Below are positions 28,416 to 37,431 of a stretch of 64,000 nucleotides of DNA, in pieces (the stretch's first letter is position 1; each line of letters opens with the position of its first letter). The position numbers were made by a program, and so were the translations under genes. The stretch comes from an uncultured Planctomycetota bacterium (GTDB lineage: Bacteria > Planctomycetota > PLA2 > JAEUHO01). Location: contig CAVVXN010000005.1 of the NCBI GenBank assembly GCA_963752285.1, positions 2,080,001 through 2,144,000 of the forward strand, in the 5' to 3' direction. The notes beneath the pieces are model-generated. The model was not told the origin of the DNA and made no database searches. It saw only the letters and a program-made list of their open reading frames with translations.

Positions 28416-29090
28416 TTAGTTGACCTGCTTCCAGACGGTGCCGGCCGGCGCGCCGCTGTTGCCAGCGCCGCCGATGTCCGTCGCACCGGTGATCGTGTTC
28501 GCCACCGCGAACGCCGCGTCGCCCGACGGGCCGTTGCCCGTGCCGCTGTACGCCGGCAGCTCGATGGCGAGGACGTCACCAGCCTGGTTCGTGAAGAACG
28601 TGCGGTTGCCGCTCTGGTTGTAGTTGACCGGCCACGCATACGCGCACCAGGTCGTCTCGCAGAGGTCGGCGTCGATGTTCGCGACGTTACCCGCGACATC
28701 GCCCACGAGGCCGTCGCCGCCCGCGTCGGGCAGGTAGAGCTCGAAGAAGTAACCCGAGCGGGTGACCTCACCGTTCGCGTTCACGTTCTGGAAGCCGGTC
28801 GAGAGGACGGGCGGGACGAGGGCCGCGGCCAGGCGGCCGTAGATCTTCCCGGCCATCTCCTGGAACGCGCCGTACTCACCGGACCCGTCGTTGTCGGCGT
28901 CCGCCTTGGCGCCCTGCTGGAACTGCGCCTCGGACGACACGATGTTGCGGAGCGTCGCGATCGCCGCCGTCTCGTTGGCCGACAGACGCGCGGCCAGGAG
29001 GTTCGGGATGGCGATGGCGGCGATGATCGCGATGATCGCAATGACGATCATCAGCTCGATCAGCGTAAAACCCTTCTGATTGCGGGACAT
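28416..29090 (-). CDS. pilA: Type IV major pilin-like protein (N-terminal methylation motif, DUF2950-like C-terminus)
   Basis: KG/FTLIELMIVIAIIAIIAAIAIP, ANETAA, YAWPVNYNQSGNRTFF. Has its own RBS and terminator. Confidence 0.85.
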   Translation of the reverse strand: MSRNQKGFTLIELMIVIAIIAIIAAIAIPNLLAARLSANETAAIATLRNIVSSEAQFQQGAKADADNDGSGEYGAFQEMAGKIYGRLAAALVPPVLSTGFQNVNANGEVTRSGYFFELYLPDAGGDGLVGDVAGNVANIDADLCETTWCAYAWPVNYNQSGNRTFFTNQAGDVLAIELPAYSGTGNGPSGDAAFAVANTITGATDIGGAGNSGAPAGTVWKQVN

Positions 29091-29274
29091 GGACTCTGTT
29101 CTCCCTTTGGATTCCTGGGGGGATGGCCCGACGGGGAGAGCCGGCGAAGGCGCAGTGAGCGCCCGACCCCGTCCACACCTCCCCGGGCCGAGGAAACGTG
29201 GGCGGAGCCCTCGTCCCGCGAGGGGACCTCCGGACTCAGGTGCGGAGGTGGGTGAGACCTCCGTACCCGGCGCC

Positions 29275-30264
29275 CTATCGACCCCCCTCGCCGTCGGACT
29301 TGAGGACTTCTTGAGGGCCGGAGGCGAGGGCGCCGAACGCCGGGTCGCGAGCCTCGCGGGCCGCGGCCTGGCGGGGATCGAGGCGCTTCGCCCGCGCCCA
29401 GACCTCGCGGGCCGCCGGGTCTTTCGCCTCCAAGAGGCCGCGCGCGGCGGCCTCGAGGGCCGCATAGTCGCCGGGCGCGAGGGCGGCCAGTCGGCGCCAG
29501 GAGGCGTCGGCGCCCTCGGGCGCGATCCGGGCCCGCAGGCCCGCCACCTTCACCAGCGCCTGGAGGAGGCTCGTCCGCCCGAACCCGATCGCCACGGGCG
29601 GCACGTCGGGCGGGGGGTTCGGGACGTCCTGGAGCACCTGGTCCAGGTCACGCGCGGCGTCGTCCTTCGCCCCCGTCTCGGACCGGATCCAGGCGCCCTC
29701 GAGCCGCCGCAGCGTCTCGAGGGTCGGGTTCGGCCAGGGAGCGCCCGCGAGGTCGAGCTCTCGGAGCGCCTCGTCGCCCTGCCCGAGCGCCTGCAGCACC
29801 TCGCTCCGCTCGACGAGGAGCGCCCGGCGTGCGTCCGGCGCGCTCGCGAGCGCACGCGCCTCGTCGAGGAGCCGGAGCGCCTCGGCCGGGCGCTTCGACC
29901 CGGACGCGAGCTGCGCCTCGACCCGCAGCGCGCGTTGACGGAGCGACGGGGGGAGCGCGGGGTCGGCCAGCTCCGACCGGAGGACCTTCTGGATCTCGGC
30001 GGCGCCCGACGGAAGGCCGGCGAGCAGGTCGAGATCGTCGAGCCGGGCCTCGAGGTAGGCGAGGTGGTCGGCCGCGTTCAGCGCGCGGCGCGCGAGGTAG
30101 AGCTGGATTCCGACGACGGCGAGGACGAGGCCGGCCCCGTAGAGGATCGAGCGCGCGAGCACCGGGTGCCGGCGCCGCCAGGACGTGGGCCCCCCGCCGC
30201 CGGCCGGCGCGGGGGCCTCCCCGCGCCCGTCGAACGCCACGCCACGAGCCAAGGGGGCCTCCAT
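29275..30264 (-). CDS. Membrane-anchored TPR-like protein
   Basis: Single TM followed by Ala/Leu-rich helical repeats. Located between pilC and the pilin. Confidence 0.65.
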   Translation of the reverse strand: MEAPLARGVAFDGRGEAPAPAGGGGPTSWRRRHPVLARSILYGAGLVLAVVGIQLYLARRALNAADHLAYLEARLDDLDLLAGLPSGAAEIQKVLRSELADPALPPSLRQRALRVEAQLASGSKRPAEALRLLDEARALASAPDARRALLVERSEVLQALGQGDEALRELDLAGAPWPNPTLETLRRLEGAWIRSETGAKDDAARDLDQVLQDVPNPPPDVPPVAIGFGRTSLLQALVKVAGLRARIAPEGADASWRRLAALAPGDYAALEAAARGLLEAKDPAAREVWARAKRLDPRQAAAREARDPAFGALASGPQEVLKSDGEGGR

Positions 30265-30293
30265 CGCGGTCGGGTCGCCAGCCACGACGCGGG

Positions 30294-31592
30294 CTAGTGC
30301 GCGAGCTGCTTCTGGAGCTCGAAGATCGGCAGGAAGACCGCGAGACAGATCATACCGACCAGGATGCCCATCGTGGCGATCATGATCGGCTCGATCAGGC
30401 TCGTCAGCTGCTTCACCGTGGCCCGGACCTGCTCGTCGTAGAACTCGGAGATCTTCTCGAGCAGCATCTCGAGCGAGCCCGACTTCTCGCCGATGCTCAC
30501 CATGCGGGTCACCATCGGCGGGAAGACCTGGCTCTGGGCCAGCGGCTCGGCCAGCGTCTCGCCCTGCCGCACGTTCTCTCGGGCGTTCAGCACGGCCTCC
30601 GCGATGATCACGTTGCCCGACGTGTCGGCCACGATCTCGAGCGAGCCGAGGATCGGCACGCCCGACTTGAGCATCGTGGCGAAGGTCTTCGAGAAGCGTG
30701 ACAGGCCGACCTTGCGGAAGAGGGGGCCGAAGATCGGCACGTGGAGCATGAGCCAGTCCCACTGGCGCCGCCCGCGCTTCGTCCGCTTGTAGACGACGAG
30801 GAGCATGACGGAGAGCACGATGGCCGCGAGGAGCACGTCCCAGCGCTCGCGGCAGAAGTCCGAGAACGCGAGGATGCCGCGCGTCAGGCCGGGGAGCTCG
30901 ATGTCGAGGGTCGAGAAGACCTCCTTGAACTTCGGGACGATCCCGAGCATCAGGAAGGTGGTGATGCCGAAGATCATCATCAACGACACGACCGGATAGG
31001 TCATGGCGCTCTTGATGTCGCGCTTCAGCCGCTGCGAGGCCTCGAGGTACTCGGCCAGGCGCCCCAGGATCTCGTCGATCTGACCGGACGCCTCGCCGGC
31101 GCGGATCATGCTGATGTAGACGTCGGTAAAGACCTTGGGGTGGCGGTCGAGCGCCGTGCTGAGGTCCTCTCCGCTCCGGACGCCGGTGATCACGTCGTCG
31201 AGCAGCAGTCCGAACTGCCTCGACTCCGCCTGCTCCTGGAGGATCTCGAGGCACTCGAGCAGAGGGATGCCGGCCGAGATCATCGTCGAGAGCTGGCGCG
31301 TGAAGAGGACGATCTCCTCCTTCTTCTTGACGCCGGGCTTCGCCCCGCCGAGCTCGAGCGCGAGCCAGCCGCCCTTCTTGGGCGCGGCCGCACGGGGGGC
31401 CGAGCTCGCCCCGGGAGCCGGCGCGCGGCGCGGCGGCGCGCGGAGACGCCCGCCCCGCTTCGCCTCGATCTGGAGCGGCGTCAGGTTCCTGCGCTTCAGC
31501 TCGTCCACGCAATCGGTCTGGCTGGTGGCGTCGAGCGAACCCCGGACGGTGCGTCCGTCGGATCCGACCGCGCTGTACTTGAAGGTGGGCAT
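30294..31592 (-). CDS. pilC: Type IV pilus platform protein (T2SSF family)
   Basis: FTRQLSTMISAG, GEASG, AMTYP, GEKSGSL, LIEP. Confidence 0.95.
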   Translation of the reverse strand: MPTFKYSAVGSDGRTVRGSLDATSQTDCVDELKRRNLTPLQIEAKRGGRLRAPPRRAPAPGASSAPRAAAPKKGGWLALELGGAKPGVKKKEEIVLFTRQLSTMISAGIPLLECLEILQEQAESRQFGLLLDDVITGVRSGEDLSTALDRHPKVFTDVYISMIRAGEASGQIDEILGRLAEYLEASQRLKRDIKSAMTYPVVSLMMIFGITTFLMLGIVPKFKEVFSTLDIELPGLTRGILAFSDFCRERWDVLLAAIVLSVMLLVVYKRTKRGRRQWDWLMLHVPIFGPLFRKVGLSRFSKTFATMLKSGVPILGSLEIVADTSGNVIIAEAVLNARENVRQGETLAEPLAQSQVFPPMVTRMVSIGEKSGSLEMLLEKISEFYDEQVRATVKQLTSLIEPIMIATMGILVGMICLAVFLPIFELQKQLAH

Positions 31593-31620
31593 GGGGGCTC
31601 CTGGTCGGTCCGGGTGGGGC

Positions 31621-33375
31621 TCAGACCACTTCGGCCTCGTCGGCGACGACGGCGCCCTGTCGCGCGCGGCGCTGGTCGGAGATGGTGACCCGCAGCACCT
31701 CCTCGACGCTCGTCGTGCCGCGCATGGCGTTCAGGAGCGCGGCGCGACGCAGGGTGATCATGCCCGCGTCGAGCGCGGCGTGGTGCACCTCGACAGCGGA
31801 GCGTCCCTGGACGATCATCCGCTTCACGTTGTCGGTCATCGGAAGGGTCTCGAGAATCGCGAAGCGCCCGGCGTAGCCCTGCGTGCAGCGCCCGCAGCCC
31901 TTCGCCTGGAAGAGCGTGGGACGGTCCGTGATGTCTTGCTCGGAAAGGCCGATGTCCCTCAGGCGCTCCGCCGGCGCCTCGTAGGGCTGCTTGCAGTGCG
32001 GGCACAGCCGGCGCATCAGCCGCTGCGCCGAGACGAGCAGGGTGGAGGACGCGACCATGAACGGGTCCACCCCCATGTCCGTCATACGGGTCAGGGTGCT
32101 CGCGGCGTCGTTCGTGTGGAGCGTCGAGAGCACGAGGTGGCCCGTGAGGGCGGCCTTCACGGCGATGTCGATCGTCTCGGTGTCGCGGATCTCGCCGACC
32201 ATCACCACGTCCGGGTCCTGACGCAGGATGGAGCGCAGGGCCGAGGAGAACGTGAGCCCGCTCTTGGGGTTCACCTGCACCTGGTTGATGCCCTCGACCT
32301 GGTACTCGACGGGGTCCTCGACCGTGACGAAGTTCTGGTCGGGCGTCATGATCTCCTTGACCGCGCTGTAGAGCGTGGTCGTCTTGCCCGAGCCCGTCGG
32401 ACCCGTCACGAGGATCATCCCGTACGGCGCGCTGATCGCGTCGCGGAAGTCCTTCAGCGCCTTCGGCTCGAACCCGAGCCCGTCGAGGTTCAGAGCCAGG
32501 TTCGTCGCGTCGAGGATACGCAGCACGACCTTCTCGCCGTGCAGCGTGGGGAGGCTCGAGACGCGGAAGTCGATCTGACGCCCCTCCGCCTTCACCTGGA
32601 ACTTGCCGTCCTGCGGGCGGCGCTTCTCGGCGATGTCGAGGTCGGCCATGATCTTGAGGCGGCTGGTGATCGCGTTCTGCAGGCGCTTCGGCGGCTCCAT
32701 GGCGTCGTGGAGGTTCCCGTCCACGCGGTACCGGACCACCACGCGCTTGTCGAACGGCTCGACGTGGATGTCCGACGCCTTCTGCTTGATCGCGTTGTAG
32801 ATGATCAGGTTGACGAGCTTGATGACCGGGGCGGTGTCCTCTTCGGTGGCCGCCTGGGCGATGTCGACGATTTCCTGCGCCTGCTCCTTGAGGACCATCT
32901 CGGGGTCCTCGTCGGTGAGCAGCTCCTTCAGGCCGTTGTCGCCCCGCTGGTAGTACTTCTGCTGGAGCTGCATGATCTGCGGTTCCAGCGCCAGCGTGAG
33001 CCGGAGCTCGCAGCTCGTCTTGATCCGCAGGTCGTCGTGCTTGACGACGTCGAACGGGTTCGAGACCGCGACCGTGAGCACCCCGCCGAGCTTCGAGAGG
33101 GGGACGCAGCCCGTCGCGGTCGCGAGATCCTGGTCCACGACCTCCCGCAGGTCGTCCTGGGGCGTCACGCGCTTCAGGTCCACCGGCGGGACGCCCAGGT
33201 GGTCCGCGAGGATCCCGAGCAGCTCCTCCTCGCTGAAGATCTTGCGCTCCAGAAGGAAGTCGGTGACCGACTTCTCCTGTTTTGCCGCGACCTGGCTCGC
33301 CTGTGCGAGCGTCTCCATGTCGGCGAGCCCGCTCTCTTCGAGGATGCGGACGATTCGGCGGCTGAAGCTGACCAT
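31621..33375 (-). CDS. pilB: Type IV pilus assembly ATPase
   Basis: ASDIHVEP, LDIAEKRRPQDG, GPTGSGKTTT, LRQDPD, GHLVLSTLHTN, CPHC/CGRC. Confidence 0.95.
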   Translation of the reverse strand: MVSFSRRIVRILEESGLADMETLAQASQVAAKQEKSVTDFLLERKIFSEEELLGILADHLGVPPVDLKRVTPQDDLREVVDQDLATATGCVPLSKLGGVLTVAVSNPFDVVKHDDLRIKTSCELRLTLALEPQIMQLQQKYYQRGDNGLKELLTDEDPEMVLKEQAQEIVDIAQAATEEDTAPVIKLVNLIIYNAIKQKASDIHVEPFDKRVVVRYRVDGNLHDAMEPPKRLQNAITSRLKIMADLDIAEKRRPQDGKFQVKAEGRQIDFRVSSLPTLHGEKVVLRILDATNLALNLDGLGFEPKALKDFRDAISAPYGMILVTGPTGSGKTTTLYSAVKEIMTPDQNFVTVEDPVEYQVEGINQVQVNPKSGLTFSSALRSILRQDPDVVMVGEIRDTETIDIAVKAALTGHLVLSTLHTNDAASTLTRMTDMGVDPFMVASSTLLVSAQRLMRRLCPHCKQPYEAPAERLRDIGLSEQDITDRPTLFQAKGCGRCTQGYAGRFAILETLPMTDNVKRMIVQGRSAVEVHHAALDAGMITLRRAALLNAMRGTTSVEEVLRVTISDQRRARQGAVVADEAEVV

Positions 33376-33384
33376 CGACCTCTC

Positions 33385-34455
33385 CTAGGCGCGCCCCAGG
33401 ATGCGCTTCAGGTCCTCGGGGTCGCTGCTGTGGGTCAGCGCCGCCTCGAGGGTGATCATGCTGCGGCGGACCAGCTCCCCGAGGGAGTGGTTCATGGTCT
33501 GCATGCCCTGACGTCCACCCGTCTGGATGATGCTGTAGATCTGGTGCGCCTTGTCGTCGCGGATCAGGGCGCGGACGGCCGAGTTCGCGACCATGATCTC
33601 GAGGGCGAGCACGCGACCCGCGCCGCGCGACATGGGCAGGAGCTGCTGGCAGAACACGGCCTGGATGACGAACGAGAGCTGCGTGCGCACCTGCTGCTGC
33701 TGGTGGGACGGGAAGACGTCCACGATGCGGTTGATCGACTGCACCGCGTCGCTGGTGTGCAGCGTGCCGAACGTCAGGTGGCCGGTCTCGGCGATCGTGA
33801 GCGCGGCCTCGATCGTCTCCATGTCGCGCATCTCGCCGACCAGGACCACGTCGGGGTCCTGCCGGAGGGCGCTCCTCAGGGCCCGATGGAATCCCTGCGT
33901 GTCCGAGCCGATCTCGCGCTGGTTGAAGAGGCAGTTCTTGTTGCGGTGGAGGAACTCGATCGGGTCCTCGACCGTCACGACGTGCCCGCAGCGCGTGTTG
34001 TTGATGTGGTCGAGCATCGCGGCGAGCGACGTCGACTTTCCGCTGCCCGTCGCGCCCGTGAAGAGCACCAGACCGCGCGGGAGGCTCCCGATCTCTTCGC
34101 AGATCTTCCGGGGGAGGCCCAGCTCCTCGAAGTTCTTCACGTTGTACGGAATGACGCGCAGCACCGCCGCGACGGTGCCCCGCTGGTAGAAGACGTTCAC
34201 GCGGAACCGGCCCATGCCCTCGACCCCGAACGAGAGGTCGATCTCGTAGTCCTTCTCGAAGCGGGCGATCTGGTCGCCCGTGAGGAAGGAGTAGATGAGG
34301 CTCTTCGTGTCCTCGGGGCGGAGGGGCTCGTACTCGGTGTCGAGCAGCTCGCCGTCCACCCGGATCTTGGGAGGGGAGCCGGCCGAGATGTGGAGGTCCG
34401 ACCCCCCGTTGTCCACGAGGGTCTGCAGGAGCTCCTCGATCGGGATGCTGGCCAT
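33385..34455 (-). CDS. pilT: Type IV pilus retraction ATPase
   Basis: SDLHI, GATGSGKST, EDPIE, QREIG, LRQDPD, AETGH, AVRALIRDDK, GMQTM. Start could alternatively be 34467. Confidence 0.95.
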   Translation of the reverse strand: MASIPIEELLQTLVDNGGSDLHISAGSPPKIRVDGELLDTEYEPLRPEDTKSLIYSFLTGDQIARFEKDYEIDLSFGVEGMGRFRVNVFYQRGTVAAVLRVIPYNVKNFEELGLPRKICEEIGSLPRGLVLFTGATGSGKSTSLAAMLDHINNTRCGHVVTVEDPIEFLHRNKNCLFNQREIGSDTQGFHRALRSALRQDPDVVLVGEMRDMETIEAALTIAETGHLTFGTLHTSDAVQSINRIVDVFPSHQQQQVRTQLSFVIQAVFCQQLLPMSRGAGRVLALEIMVANSAVRALIRDDKAHQIYSIIQTGGRQGMQTMNHSLGELVRRSMITLEAALTHSSDPEDLKRILGRA

Positions 34456-34761
34456 GGGGTCCCTCACCTCTCGGACAGGGCCACACCGCTCAGGCGAGGC
34501 CGGTGCGACCCTATCGACCCGCCGCGAAGGCCGCTTGAACGCCGTTCGGCGCGGGGAAGGCTCGGAGGCGAGGGAAAGCCGCGCCGGGCGGGCGCGTCCC
34601 GCCGGGGGGGGACCGTTCGCGCGGGGCCCCGAAAACGAGGACGGGGGGCGGCCTCGCCGCCCCCCGTCCCAGGAATCCGGGCCGATGGGACCCGGGCCCG
34701 TCGGGTCCCGGCCGACGAGGGCCGAAACGACGCGGGCCCCGGTCGGACCGGTTCGCTCCCG

Positions 34762-35667
34762 TCAGAACTCGACGTGGACCTCGACCCGCCGGTTGCGGGC
34801 GCGGTCGGCCTCGCTCTTCTCCTTGGCGACGATCGGCTCCTCCGACCCGCGGCCGAGGACCTCGAGGTGGCCTGCCGGCACCCCGTGCCGGGAGAGCTCG
34901 GCGGCCACGGTCTGGGCCCGGGCCTGCGAGAGCGCCCGGTTGCTGGGCCACTTCGACCTCTTGATCGGGGTCGAGTCGGTGTGCCCGACGACGCGGACCT
35001 CGCGGGCGCCCGCGCTCTCGAGTGCGCTCGCCGTGGCGAGGAGCGTGGTGGTGATCGTCGCGTCCGGCTTCAGCTTGTCCGAGCCGGGGCGGAAGGCGTC
35101 GGACATCCGGACGATGACCACGTTCCCGTTCTGCTCGACCTCGCCGTGCGTGCTCCGGCGGAGCTGGGCGGCGAACGCCGCGGCGCGCGCCTCCGAGCCG
35201 GCGGCGATCGGGCGGGCGCCGATCGGGGCCGAGGGTCCCGGCTGCGTCGCGGCCTGCTTCATCTGCCGGTCGAGCCGCTGCACGTCGTCCGCGAGCTGGT
35301 TGATGGCGACGTCGAGGTCCGCCCCCGCGCTCGCGTTGTCCATCATGGTGGGCACGGGGTTCACGGCCGGGGCCTGGGCCATGTCCGAGGGGGCCGCGGC
35401 GGGGAAGCCGGAGGCGCCGTCGTCGGCCGACGCGCCGTCCGGGGTGCCGCTCGGGGGGAACGCCGGCTGCGGAGGCGGCGCGGGCGTTCGAGCCACGGTC
35501 ACCGGCCCGTAGGTCGGTGCCGGGGGCGGGGACGAGGGGTAGTACACGGTCCGCGGGGCCGCGGCGACGGCGGACGGGCTCGCCGGCGCGCGCGCGCTCC
35601 GACAGCCGCCGAGGCCGCCCGCGACGAGGGACGTCGCGAGGATCGCGAAGAGGGCGCTCTTTGCCAT
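34762..35667 (-). CDS. OmpA/MotB-family peptidoglycan-binding lipoprotein
   Basis: Lipobox LGGC, Pro-rich linker, GHTDSTP...SNRALSQARA...NRRVE. Confidence 0.85.
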   Translation of the reverse strand: MAKSALFAILATSLVAGGLGGCRSARAPASPSAVAAAPRTVYYPSSPPPAPTYGPVTVARTPAPPPQPAFPPSGTPDGASADDGASGFPAAAPSDMAQAPAVNPVPTMMDNASAGADLDVAINQLADDVQRLDRQMKQAATQPGPSAPIGARPIAAGSEARAAAFAAQLRRSTHGEVEQNGNVVIVRMSDAFRPGSDKLKPDATITTTLLATASALESAGAREVRVVGHTDSTPIKRSKWPSNRALSQARAQTVAAELSRHGVPAGHLEVLGRGSEEPIVAKEKSEADRARNRRVEVHVEF

Positions 35668-35841
35668 GGTCGTTCGCTCCGGGGCGCGTCCGTCTCGTGC
35701 GGACGCCGTCATCGACCCTTTCGGGTTGGTCTTCTGGTTGATCTCTCGGTCGGACATCGACTCGGCTTCGGCCATCGGGGTCTTCTCGCTTCCGGGGGTG
35801 CGATGGGGGAGGCCGCGGGAGGGGGGGGGAAGCCGCGGGGG

Positions 35842-36798
35842 CTACGTCTTGGGGAGGATGTAGATCTCGACGCGACGGTTCGTCTCCTTCGCGCGCTTCG
35901 TCGTTCCGGTCTCGAGCGGCACCGCGGCGCCGCGACCGACCGTCTCGATCAGCGCCGGCGAGACGCCGGCCTTCGCGAGGAGGTCCTTCACCGAGCTGGC
36001 GCGGGCGAGCGACAAGGCCTCGTTGCTCGGCCAGGGCGAGGACTTGATCGGGTCGCTGTCCGTGTGGCCCTCGACGCGCACGTGGCTGCCGGGGTACTCG
36101 CTCGCGATGAGCTCGCCGAGGCCCACGATCGCCTTCACCGCGGTCATGTCGTAGGCGGGCGAGGCCTTGCCCGCGGGGAACGCGCCGCGCAGGACCACGG
36201 CCACGCGCTCCTCGCCGCCCTGCGTGCTGCGCGTCTCGACGGGAAGCATGATGCCCGCCGCGCGGAGCTTCGCCTCCAGGTCGCGGCGGAACGCTTCGAT
36301 CGCGGCGCTCGGCCGGTACTCGATCGGGGCCTTCTCGACGACGGGGGTCGGCTTCGAGGCCAGGTCCGACACCTGGCTCACGAGGTCCGACACCTGCGAG
36401 CGCAGATGGTTCACCTCGCCGACGCGACGGGCCTGGTCGCGCTGGACGTACTCGAGCTGCTGCTGCGCGAGCTGGCCCCGCACGGCGTCGGCCTGAAGGC
36501 CTTCCGCCTCCTTGCGAAGGAGCGCGGACTCGGTCTTGCTCCGCTGGGCGTCCGCCGTCGCGCTGTCCGCGTTCAGCTGGGCCTCGTGCGCCGCGGTCTC
36601 GGCGGTCGAGGCGCGCTGGCGGGAGTCGATCGCCTCGGCCTCCACGACACGGAGGCGGTCCTTCGCCACGTTCCTCGTCGCGCACCCCGCCTGGAGGAGC
36701 GCCGCGAGGACGCCCGCCCCGGCCAGGACGGCCATCACGCTCCGACCGAGCACGACGGAGGACGTCGCACGTTCGAGCGTCCCGCTTCCACTCGTCAT
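35842..36798 (-). CDS. OmpA/MotB-family lipoprotein with coiled coil
   Basis: QAGC lipobox-like motif, long coiled coil, GHTDSDP...SNEALSLARA...NRRVEI. Start is uncertain (36843 is also possible). Confidence 0.85.
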   Translation of the reverse strand: MTSGSGTLERATSSVVLGRSVMAVLAGAGVLAALLQAGCATRNVAKDRLRVVEAEAIDSRQRASTAETAAHEAQLNADSATADAQRSKTESALLRKEAEGLQADAVRGQLAQQQLEYVQRDQARRVGEVNHLRSQVSDLVSQVSDLASKPTPVVEKAPIEYRPSAAIEAFRRDLEAKLRAAGIMLPVETRSTQGGEERVAVVLRGAFPAGKASPAYDMTAVKAIVGLGELIASEYPGSHVRVEGHTDSDPIKSSPWPSNEALSLARASSVKDLLAKAGVSPALIETVGRGAAVPLETGTTKRAKETNRRVEIYILPKT

Positions 36799-36878
36799 CG
36801 AATCACCTCGCATCCGAACACTCCGCACGAGTCCACCGCGCATGGGCACCTCCCTCGAATCCTCGCCGATCCTCATGA

Positions 36879-36952
36879 TCCTTCGCGTCCCTGTCCTTCG
36901 CGTCCCTGTCCTTCGCGTCCCTGTCCTTCGCGTCCCTGTCCTTCGCGTCCCT
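36879..36952 (-). repeat. 15-bp tandem repeat, about 5 copies (CAGGGACGCGAAGGA on the minus strand)
   Basis: Unit tccttcgcgtccctg repeated four times in full, plus 14 of 15 nt. Confidence 0.97.
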
Positions 36953-37034
36953 CGGGCCCGCGCGCCGGCGGGGCAGGCTCCCCGGCGGCGACCCGGATTC
37001 GGGCGCCCCTCCTGCGCGTCGCGAGCCACTCGGG

Positions 37035-37063
37035 ATTGCAACCCCACCTCCGCGCTCCGTCAA
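37035..37063 (-). promoter_or_regulatory. Putative sigma70-type promoter for the OmpA-pil genes
   Basis: TTGACG-17 nt-TGCAAT on the minus strand, with an unusually AT-rich UP-element-like tract upstream (about 37064-37092). Confidence 0.6.
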
Positions 37064-37431
37064 GTCGGAAATACAAGATCTTGGGGCAAAATCAGGGTTC
37101 GCTCCCGAGGGGCGGCGGCTGGGGATCTCGTCGGCGCGCGTCGGGGAACCTCCTCGGACATGGTCTACCGCGCCCCACCGACGCTCCCGGGACACCCGCG
37201 CGACGGCCGCGCCCGGAACGCCTGGTCGCGCGTCGGGAGCGCACGCGCCGAACGAACGGTCCGCGCCGGGGCGCGCGCCGCGGCCCGCGCGCGACACGGG
37301 GTCGCCGCGGCGCGCCTCGCGCGGCGCCGTCACGCCGCGGGCGAGCACGCGGGGGCGGGCCGCCGAACGCGCGACGCGCGGTCCACGATGGCTCGTCCCC
37401 GTCCCGCGCGTGGGCGACGGCGCGCCGTCGG

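Noticed and set aside
29091..29274. Riboswitch (for example c-di-GMP) in the pilin leader
   Set aside because: GC-rich hairpins are possible, but I could not match any riboswitch consensus by eye. An Rfam scan would settle it.
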